From a virus (taxonomy: Duplodnaviria > Caudoviricetes): a stretch of 64,000 bases of DNA. Positions 40,248-47,979 of the stretch are shown here, piece after piece (positions within the stretch are counted from its first letter, which is position 1; the number at the start of each line of letters is the position of its first letter). The notes below the pieces were generated by a model. It was given only the letters and a program-made list of their open reading frames with translations, ran no database searches and was not told the origin of the DNA. The stretch lies in IMG/VR virus record IMGVR_UViG_3300023218_000062. One strand, 5' to 3'. The translations under genes and the position numbers were made by a program.

Positions 40248-40590
40248 CCTGTTCCGGATTGTACATGAAATTCGGAGCGACTCACAATTTGGAAAATCTC
40301 GAACAGGCTGCGCATAACGATTTTGTAGACTGCCGGAACGAGCCGATACTACGATGAAAATGGTATCCTTGAAGTGCTCTAAGGTCTGGATGAGAGATTG
40401 ATACGCTGAATAAGGCTTACGAGATTAGTTGATAGTGTATCAAATCTGGACTCATCGAAACGTTGTCATCATTCATCGTGATGATAGGGGCTCTAGATCC
40501 ATTTGGATTGTGTGAGAGTCGGCGGTTGCTATCATGTAATGGCGATACCCTCAACGACAGTACGAGGGAATCACGCCGATCTGTCTAGGT
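40248..40590 (+). ncRNA. Candidate large structured ncRNA of unknown family
   Basis: ORF-free and GC-enriched; helices 40248-60/40295-307, 40345-51/40361-67, 40389-407/40434-56; three-way junction 40519-40579; loop GACAG pairs with CTGTC at 40581-40585. Confidence 0.7.
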
Positions 40591-40607
40591 TGGAGTGGGC
40601 AATTTCC

Positions 40608-40829
40608 TAATTAAAATTTAATTTTATTTTAATAAAAATGGGGGAGGGGAGGATTGTAAAAACTCTTAGAATTTAGGGTTTCAACTCTTAGAAATTTACT
40701 CTCAGAAGTTAAATCGAAAACAACAATTGTAAAAAAAGACAATAAAAATGCGAGCGTCAGCGAGTATTTTTATTGTCTCTCTCAAATGAAAACAATTTTA
40801 AATTTTCAGCCAAAAACTGCGTTTTTGAC
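40608..40829. other. Origin-like module
   Basis: 32-nt pure AT tract 40608-40639; GGGGGAGGGGAGG 40640-40652; ACTCTYAGAA x3; 13-bp perfect hairpin 40737-40778. Confidence 0.5.
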
Positions 40830-40862
40830 GGGAGTTCTTTTTACAAGAACTCCCTCTTCTTT
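40830..40862 (+). terminator. Intrinsic terminator-like hairpin
   Basis: GGGAGTTCTT-5 nt-AAGAACTCCC followed by TCTTCTTT. Confidence 0.65.
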
Positions 40863-40943
40863 ATTACTGGTATTATATGTAATAACATGATATAATAAAA
40901 TACCTGTACAATATGAAAGTATTTTTATAATTTGGAGAAATAA

Positions 40944-42608
40944 ATGTCTTTACTAAATGAAACTGAACTCTTAAATAAAAAAGAGGAAGAGCTTATAAAC
41001 AATTTAAAAACAAGAACCATAGACAATAGTTGGAGTACTATATTACCCAAATATTCGCCTAGAGATTCACAAAAACATGTAATGCAATGGATTAATGAAT
41101 TACCTGCAAATGTTAAATACGTGATGTGTGAGATGCCTGTAGGTGGAGGAAAATCGCCCCTCGCCATGGCATTTAGTGGTTACATCAATAATGGAATGGG
41201 AAATGCCTTTATAATGACACCACAAAAGACATTGCAACGTCAATACGAAGAATCATTTGAAAAAGAAATATTAGCATCGGTATACGGGCGTAATAATTAT
41301 AAATGCGAATCAAAAAATACTACATGTGATGTTGGTTCTGATATAAAACCCAAATGTGAATCATGCCCTGCAAGTCAAGCCAGAGAAATAGCTTTAGCTT
41401 CACCTAATATGATTTTAAATTATAGTATTGCATTGACATATTTTAAGTACCTCAGACATAAAATACCTGCACGGGATGTCATGATATTTGATGAATGCCA
41501 TGTATTGGAATCACATTTGGTAGAATTCAGTTCATTGAATATTAGCAAGAATATGTGTAAGAAATATTTAGTAAAATTCAAAAAGCCGAAAGATTCTGAT
41601 GATGCTATTCATTTTTTGGAAAATGTATATCATCCTGCTGTATGTGAAAAAATTAGTGAATACAGAAAACACATAATGCAATTAGAGAATTCTTTTACCA
41701 ATAAGTTATCTAAGGCCGATATTAAAGTAATAAAAGCCTACAAGGCTGCTACAGAGCATAGAGACACAATTCAAGAGGTATTATCTACTGATAGAAAGTA
41801 TTTTGATAGAAAGTATGTTCTCATCGTAGATAATGATTACTTTAAATTTAAAGAATTATTTGGTAAAAACAATTTTAGAAATTTATGCTTGCCTAAAGCT
41901 AATAGGTTTTTATTCATGTCTTCTACAATATTGGATAAAGAAGGTTTCTGTAATGATTTAGGCATTGATCCTGAAGAAGCTGCAATGATTTCGGTAGATT
42001 CAGAATTTAATGTAGAAAACCGAGAAGTGGTATATAAACCCATTATAAAAATGAATTATGGATGGCATAGCCAAGAGCGATCCAATGATAGAAAGAAAAT
42101 GATTAAAACAATAAATCATATCTGTAATCATCATAAAGACGAATCAGGTATAATTCATACTGGAAGTTTTCAAGTATCAGATTGGATATTACATGCCATT
42201 GATGATACCCCACATGAAATAGTCCATCATAATCCTAGTGGTGAACGATCTAGAGATGATGCAATTGAATATTTTTTGGAGAATTCTCAATTGAGGCCAA
42301 TGATATTGGTTTCACCTTCTGTTACTGAGGGTATGGATTTGAAGGATGATCGTGCTAGATTTGGAATCATTACCAAGGTTCCATATCCATTCTTGGGTGA
42401 TGCATGGGTTAAAAGACGCATGCAACTGTCCAAAGATTGGTATAACCGTCAGGCTATTACAGGAATAATTCAGGGTTGTGGGCGTGTTGTACGATCCAAA
42501 GAAGATTGGGGACAGGTATATATCCTTGATGAGTCGTTTTCATATCTTTATAAACAGACGGTAAAGATGATCCCTCAATGGTGGAAAGACGGACTAATTG
42601 TACTCTAA
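40944..42608 (+). CDS. SF2 DinG/XPD-like helicase
   Basis: Motif I EMPVGGGKS, II DECH, III SST, V SPSVTEGMDL, VI QGCGRVVRS; Cys cluster C..C..C..CP. Confidence 0.9.
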   Translation: MSLLNETELLNKKEEELINNLKTRTIDNSWSTILPKYSPRDSQKHVMQWINELPANVKYVMCEMPVGGGKSPLAMAFSGYINNGMGNAFIMTPQKTLQRQYEESFEKEILASVYGRNNYKCESKNTTCDVGSDIKPKCESCPASQAREIALASPNMILNYSIALTYFKYLRHKIPARDVMIFDECHVLESHLVEFSSLNISKNMCKKYLVKFKKPKDSDDAIHFLENVYHPAVCEKISEYRKHIMQLENSFTNKLSKADIKVIKAYKAATEHRDTIQEVLSTDRKYFDRKYVLIVDNDYFKFKELFGKNNFRNLCLPKANRFLFMSSTILDKEGFCNDLGIDPEEAAMISVDSEFNVENREVVYKPIIKMNYGWHSQERSNDRKKMIKTINHICNHHKDESGIIHTGSFQVSDWILHAIDDTPHEIVHHNPSGERSRDDAIEYFLENSQLRPMILVSPSVTEGMDLKDDRARFGIITKVPYPFLGDAWVKRRMQLSKDWYNRQAITGIIQGCGRVVRSKEDWGQVYILDESFSYLYKQTVKMIPQWWKDGLIVL

Positions 42609-42682
42609 GAGACTGTCTAATTGTACCTTACATGTATCATGGAGCATTTTTCTTGCCACGGCGAACGTTTTCTCATTCTCTA

Positions 42683-42711
42683 TTGACAACGATAATTTTA
42701 TATGATATAGT
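42683..42711 (+). promoter_or_regulatory. Sigma70-type promoter
   Basis: TTGACA-17 bp-TATAGT with extended -10 TGn. Confidence 0.75.
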
Positions 42712-42738
42712 AAATAAATTACAAAAATATAATATAAA

Positions 42739-42855
42739 ATGAAAATTCAAAAGATCTATATTATAGAGAATACAAGTGTTGCCCGAAATGATAAATTATG
42801 CCAAAGTTATGTTGGATTTATAGAACGTGATAGTGTAAAAAAGGTTAAATGCTAG
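42739..42855 (+). CDS. 38-aa small ORF absent from the track, possibly a gene remnant
   Basis: MKIQKIYIIENTSVARNDKLCQSYVGFIERDSVKKVKC, between a strong promoter and a terminator. Confidence 0.5.
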   Translation: MKIQKIYIIENTSVARNDKLCQSYVGFIERDSVKKVKC

Positions 42856-42860
42856 AAATA

Positions 42861-42886
42861 AAAAAACCCGCGTTTGGCGGGTTTTT
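42861..42886. terminator. Bidirectional terminator
   Basis: AAAAAACCCGC-5 nt-GCGGGTTTTT between convergent genes. Confidence 0.8.
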
Positions 42887-42911
42887 AATTGCTTCTCGTT
42901 CTTAAATAAAG

Positions 42912-43880
42912 TTAGTCTTTAATATATAGTCCATCGCCTACTAATGTGTTTGGTGTGAGATTTGAACCACCATCAGTACTCTTAGACTGCAGTATACTCG
43001 CCTCCGATATTTTTATATCATTAGAACTTTCACTAACTCCGTCTTTTCTCAATTCCGAGAATGATATCATTAGTTTACTACTTCCCCTGACCAATGCTGA
43101 ATTATTGATTGCACCCGATAAATCAGATTGTTGTATATATGCACTGGATCCGCCACTTATTTCAATATTATTGTTATTAGAGTTTTTAGATTCACAGCCT
43201 GAGAGCAATACAACGGATTGTAGTAACACGGTAATATTGTTTAACCAAGAAAGGGCACCACCACTAAATGTAAACTCTTCACCATGTTTATTACCACTAT
43301 TTCTAACATATGATTCAAAATCCATCGAAACAGACGAATTGTTGAATAGTAAAATCCCTCTACCCATGGCATTTTCTATCCCTGCTCGCTTACCACTCAA
43401 TAACGGATGGTTAGAAGACGCAAAACTAAGTTTTGACGAATTACTGATAGAAAACAAATCCCTTCTATTACCGATATTGTTATTACCTGACTCCGGTGTC
43501 CCGCTTTCATCCATTCGCAATCTAGCCGCGAATAATGGAAATATTGTTTCAGATCCGTCTATAAACGGAATGCCGTCTGGTAAACTTAGCAAAAATTCTC
43601 TGGAAACTACATTTTCATCTCCTTCAGAGGTCAGAATAACATTTCTAAAATTATTTCCTTTGAACTCTAGATTTTCTTCAATGTAATAACCATCCAACAT
43701 TCTTATTTCAACTTCTTTATTAATATTACCGAATTGGTTGAGATAATTGAATGCTGCATTGAGAGTAGAAAAGTCTCCATTATTTCCTACGGTAAACATA
43801 TTTTGTTCGGGTGTGCTGGCATTCGAAGTTATTTGCTTTTTGATGGGTCTTTTAGCATTTTCACCATCGTAAACATACAT
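42912..43880 (-). CDS. Tail fibre/tailspike-like right-handed beta-helix protein
   Basis: FTVGNNGDFSTLNAAFNYL opening motif followed by S/N/G-rich beta-helix-type repeats. Confidence 0.65.
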   Translation of the reverse strand: MYVYDGENAKRPIKKQITSNASTPEQNMFTVGNNGDFSTLNAAFNYLNQFGNINKEVEIRMLDGYYIEENLEFKGNNFRNVILTSEGDENVVSREFLLSLPDGIPFIDGSETIFPLFAARLRMDESGTPESGNNNIGNRRDLFSISNSSKLSFASSNHPLLSGKRAGIENAMGRGILLFNNSSVSMDFESYVRNSGNKHGEEFTFSGGALSWLNNITVLLQSVVLLSGCESKNSNNNNIEISGGSSAYIQQSDLSGAINNSALVRGSSKLMISFSELRKDGVSESSNDIKISEASILQSKSTDGGSNLTPNTLVGDGLYIKD

Positions 43881-43942
43881 GCTTTTTTGGATTAAGGTTT
43901 GTCATTAGTATCATTCCCTTTAAGTTTTTGTGCGGTTCTTAA

Positions 43943-43950
43943 TATTTATA
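43943..43950 (-). promoter_or_regulatory. Late promoter TATAAATA
   Basis: Exact match upstream of the beta-helix gene. Confidence 0.6.
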
Positions 43951-43968
43951 GAAACTGTTTTAAACAAA

Positions 43969-46134
43969 TTACTTTTCTACGATATTAGAGAATCCATTTT
44001 TGAGTTCGATTTCTACACGTTCATTGAAAGAACTTTTAATTTCATCTCGATGTGATATTACGAACATTGATAGTTTATTATTCTTAGCGACATCCTTGAT
44101 GACTTTGAGTGTCTTTTTGACGCCTACATTACTTAAACCAACATCCAAACATTCATCTAGAATGAAAAGATTTATAAAATTATGTTTTGATTGAAGAACG
44201 TCTCTAAATGCTAATGAAAGGGCAATATTGATCCTAGCCTTTTGACCGGATGATAGATTAGAATAGGAAATTTCTTTACCAAATTGACTAATTTCTGTAG
44301 ACAGATCAGAAGTAAATTTAGCTTTATGTGGAAGCCCCATTAAATTGAGATAACCTTTTAATCTTTCATTCAAGAAAGGAAGGTACTTATCCATTAATGC
44401 TTTACGAATAAACGAATCCTTTTTAGTCAATAATTTTAACAAGAATTCCTGATGATTTATTTCATCAATTAGATTATCTATATCTTTATCCTTATTGTCT
44501 CTAGGTTCATATTTAGAAAGAGATTTTAATGTTTTATCGTATGGATTTTTTTGATCTTTAAGATATTCAAGTTTATCTTCTAGACTACTCTTTTTATTTT
44601 TTATTTTAAATAATTCTTCTTCAGATGTAAACAAACATTCTTCTTCTTTTTTATTAAACTCTTCTTTCAATTTTTTTTGTTTGTCTTGCAAACCATCCAA
44701 TTTTAACCGTTTAGTATATATTTCATCACTTTTATTTTCATATGGATTACTAGATTCTTCCAAAGATTTAATATCTTTCTTTAGTTGATCCTTTTTTGTA
44801 GCATAACGGTCAATTTCTACTAATGACGAAAAATCCAATGAAGATTTCGATTCTTTGATATTTTTTTCTAAAGATTCGATATCTTTATCAAATGCGGTTA
44901 ACTTCTTTTGAATATCATTTCTAGAAGTAGCTAGAGTTTCAATATTTGATTCTACAGTTTTAAGTTTTTCCTTGGCATCTTCATAATCTTGTAAACAATA
45001 AGGACATTTAGATTTTTCTAATTCCTTCTTTTCTTTAGACAACTCATTCATTGATCGATCAATGTCTTCATATTCACTCTGTAGGGTTTTCTTTTTTAGT
45101 TTATGATCCTTTAATGTAGTTTCATTCTCTTCTACAGATGTTATTATTTTTTTCTGTTCATTTAATTTTTTTGCAGAAATAGAATAGTTGGATAACTCAT
45201 CTTTCTTCTTTGCAATATTTTTCTCTTTATCTGATTCAAATGAGTTGGCTTTGTTGGTTTCTTCTTGTATTCTGTCAAGTTCATCTGTTGTAGATTTCAC
45301 TTTCCTTTCGATATCATCTAATTCTTTTTGTGTGTTTTGGAGATTCTTTAAAGATTCTAATTCTGAATCAAAATTTATTTCACCAAGAGATTTAATATTA
45401 TTTTTAATATCATCAATTTGTTTTTGGGTAGATTCTACCCATGCCGCATGGTCTTGTTCAGCTTCTTCAAGCTGTTTTTTGTGTCGTGTATGTTCTTCTT
45501 TAATATCCTGATTACTTTCTTTGGCGTATTCGAGATCTTTTTTATTATTTTTTATTTTTTCTTTTAAGATATCCGCTTTATTGCTTAATTCTGTATATGA
45601 AAATAACTCTTCTATGATCCCTCGTTGTGTCGCTAATGGCATTTTCAAAAATGCATCCCCACCTGCGACATATGCAACTATTTTCCCAAATATTTCAAAA
45701 GGAATTTGTAATATATGTTCAGCAATGAATTTATTTGCATTTGAAACACTATCAGGTGTTATATCCGTTCCATTTTCTTCAATTTTGACCCCATCTCCAC
45801 CCATTGCTTTATTTTTTCTAAATCTGTATATTTTGTATCTTTTTTTTCCAGCTTTGAGTTCTACAGTAACCAACATATCTTTATTATTGATATTATTGAT
45901 CAATGCATTCTTTTTAGGGTTATCAATTCCTATAGCTTTGTCATATAAGGCCACAGATATTGCCATGAGAATGCTACTTTTTCCAGAACCATTAGAATCA
46001 AGTTCACCATTAGAAGAGGCATCATAATTAATACCAGAGATCAAGGTGGGATCATTTCTTTGTAAATCTATTTCAGTTTCATTATTTCCATATGATAGAA
46101 AATTTTGTATTTTGATTTTTTCAAAAACAATCAT
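43969..46134 (-). CDS. gp46: Rad50/SbcC-like recombination ATPase
   Basis: Walker A GSGKS, CPYC zinc hook within the coiled coil, signature LSSGQ, Walker B ILDECLD, H-loop SH. Confidence 0.95.
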   Translation of the reverse strand: MIVFEKIKIQNFLSYGNNETEIDLQRNDPTLISGINYDASSNGELDSNGSGKSSILMAISVALYDKAIGIDNPKKNALINNINNKDMLVTVELKAGKKRYKIYRFRKNKAMGGDGVKIEENGTDITPDSVSNANKFIAEHILQIPFEIFGKIVAYVAGGDAFLKMPLATQRGIIEELFSYTELSNKADILKEKIKNNKKDLEYAKESNQDIKEEHTRHKKQLEEAEQDHAAWVESTQKQIDDIKNNIKSLGEINFDSELESLKNLQNTQKELDDIERKVKSTTDELDRIQEETNKANSFESDKEKNIAKKKDELSNYSISAKKLNEQKKIITSVEENETTLKDHKLKKKTLQSEYEDIDRSMNELSKEKKELEKSKCPYCLQDYEDAKEKLKTVESNIETLATSRNDIQKKLTAFDKDIESLEKNIKESKSSLDFSSLVEIDRYATKKDQLKKDIKSLEESSNPYENKSDEIYTKRLKLDGLQDKQKKLKEEFNKKEEECLFTSEEELFKIKNKKSSLEDKLEYLKDQKNPYDKTLKSLSKYEPRDNKDKDIDNLIDEINHQEFLLKLLTKKDSFIRKALMDKYLPFLNERLKGYLNLMGLPHKAKFTSDLSTEISQFGKEISYSNLSSGQKARINIALSLAFRDVLQSKHNFINLFILDECLDVGLSNVGVKKTLKVIKDVAKNNKLSMFVISHRDEIKSSFNERVEIELKNGFSNIVEK

Positions 46135-47189
46135 GATAATTCCTTATATATTTTTTTCAATTTTTCTGGTTTTATATTATCAGAGGTTATTTTATCCAGT
46201 AATGTTGTTACAATTTCTGTGGTAGACTCTGATTTTAAATCTTCTGGATCAATATTATCTCCTATAGTATAATCTTCTGTGGGTTCTTCTAGACGTAATT
46301 CACGTAGAGAATATTTTTGTATTAAATAATTTTTAATCTCTAGAATATCTTCATAGCCTAATTCTTTATCGTCTACTATACATTTGACTATAGCATTTTT
46401 TCTAAGTATTTTTTTAGGGGATGAAATTAGATCAGAAAAATCACAACTAATATAAGTCGGAGCGTCTTTCCAATTTATAAACGTTAAATCATCTGTCTCA
46501 TATTCATATATTGCCATACCTCTATTTGTATCATTGGCGTCACTATAATCCATAGGAAAGGTGTTACCCAAATAATATACATTACCTTTATTCTGTCTTT
46601 TATGGAAATGCCCGGTAAAAATTCTGTCAGGTTTTTTAAAATCTTCATGCTCTGGTCCATGCTCTAAAATTTTTGTTTCGCCTGTGACAACGAAACCTTT
46701 AAATTCAAAGTGCCCGTATACAATATCATGTGAGTTTATATTTTTAATTTGCTCGGGATATTCGTCAGAAAATAGATATGGACAAAATAAACATTTCTTG
46801 TTTCCTATAACAGTAGAAAAGTTATCATCAATAATAAACATATTATCAAAGGGCTCAAAAATTCTAGTGTTGAATGAGTTTCTTGTATTTCTGTATACCA
46901 GATCATGATTTCCAATGATAAAGAAAAACGGAACAGACAGATTTTCTTTAATATGTTTGATACATTTGTGAGACCAATCCAGAGTTTTTCCAGATATCGA
47001 ATCTCTATGTTCAAACCAATCCCCACAAAAAACAATATGATCCACTTTATGTTTTTTACATTGTTCCACGAACCATTTTATAAAATTAAAGCAGTCCCTA
47101 TTATGTATTTCACTACTATTTTTTCTACCTAAATGAATGTCAGTAAATATTCCTGCTTTAGTTAACGTTTCAAATTTGATTTTTTTCAT
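46131..47189 (-). CDS. gp47: Mre11/SbcD-like nuclease
   Basis: DIHLG, GDWF, GNHD, GHFE, GHFH. Confidence 0.95.
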   Translation of the reverse strand: MKKIKFETLTKAGIFTDIHLGRKNSSEIHNRDCFNFIKWFVEQCKKHKVDHIVFCGDWFEHRDSISGKTLDWSHKCIKHIKENLSVPFFFIIGNHDLVYRNTRNSFNTRIFEPFDNMFIIDDNFSTVIGNKKCLFCPYLFSDEYPEQIKNINSHDIVYGHFEFKGFVVTGETKILEHGPEHEDFKKPDRIFTGHFHKRQNKGNVYYLGNTFPMDYSDANDTNRGMAIYEYETDDLTFINWKDAPTYISCDFSDLISSPKKILRKNAIVKCIVDDKELGYEDILEIKNYLIQKYSLRELRLEEPTEDYTIGDNIDPEDLKSESTTEIVTTLLDKITSDNIKPEKLKKIYKELS

Positions 47190-47194
47190 TTTGT

Positions 47195-47848
47195 TTATAT
47201 ACTTTCTGAGGTATGTAGTTTTTTAAAACTTGGATCATGTCGTTCAGATTTTTCAGATATTTTTCTATTGAAGAACTCGAACATATTAGTTTTTTTATCT
47301 ATGTCATAATCTATAAACTCACGTTCAATCTCTGTAAGTATGTTATTGCGGGCATCATTATTTTCGATTAGCATTTCAATATGTTTTTGTAATAGATTTC
47401 TAAATCCATCGCTCATCTTATTTTCTTTAACGCTTTCTTCATACGCATTAGTAATCATTTCTTGATAATGTTTTTCGTGAAATGAATGGGAAGGTAATTC
47501 GCCTTCTTTTACAAGCATTGCATCTCGGATGTCTCTGTGGGCTTTCTCTTGGTACAAATATTGCCAAAATGCACGTTTAATAGTCTGCGTAAAATATGCA
47601 AATGGGTTGTCATATTTTTCAGGATTAAATGAATTCCATACTTTGCATACGATATAAAGGGCGTAACCTTCCATATCATCTACATACGTATATCCACTAT
47701 ATTTCCCTTGAGATGAATATCGTTTTACTAACAACATTATCATGTTAGCAAATTTATCTGTCATAGCACCCTGTTTTTTACTTTTGATGATTTCTTCCAA
47801 CATATCTTTATTATTGATGTAATTTTTTTTCTTAGTCTTTTTAACCAT
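47195..47848 (-). CDS. gp55: Late transcription sigma factor (T4 gp55-like)
   Basis: NYINNKDML, YTYVDDM, FNPEKYDNPFAYFTQ; gene order 55-47-46 as in T4. Confidence 0.9.
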   Translation of the reverse strand: MVKKTKKKNYINNKDMLEEIIKSKKQGAMTDKFANMIMLLVKRYSSQGKYSGYTYVDDMEGYALYIVCKVWNSFNPEKYDNPFAYFTQTIKRAFWQYLYQEKAHRDIRDAMLVKEGELPSHSFHEKHYQEMITNAYEESVKENKMSDGFRNLLQKHIEMLIENNDARNNILTEIEREFIDYDIDKKTNMFEFFNRKISEKSERHDPSFKKLHTSESI

Positions 47849-47884
47849 ATCAGATTCTCCATTATATTTTAATTATGATTAGAT

Positions 47885-47913
47885 ATTATATATGCATGAT
47901 TTTTTGTAATCAA
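47885..47913 (-). promoter_or_regulatory. Sigma70-type promoter of the gp55-47-46 operon
   Basis: TTGATT-17 bp-TATAAT; SD GGAG before the ATG. Confidence 0.75.
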
Positions 47914-47937
47914 GCAATGTTTTATTATTGTTTGAAC

Positions 47938-47945
47938 GATAAATA
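47938..47945 (+). promoter_or_regulatory. Late promoter GATAAATA
   Basis: 35 nt upstream of the ATG at 47980. Confidence 0.55.
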
Positions 47946-47979
47946 TTTGTAACCCATGAATTTTTAATATATTACTAAC

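Noticed and set aside
40386-40462. Hammerhead ribozyme (CTGGATGAG...CGAAAC)
   Set aside because: The core has an extra G relative to CUGANGA, the GATGAG is paired with CTCATC, and no stems I and III were found.
40248-40600. tRNA, tmRNA or a true self-splicing intron
   Set aside because: No T-loop or acceptor stem with CCA end, and the flanking genes are complete, so there are no exons to join.
43883-43889. Programmed -1 frameshift at A AAA AAG
   Set aside because: Joining the upstream start to the main ORF needs +1 (or -2), not -1.
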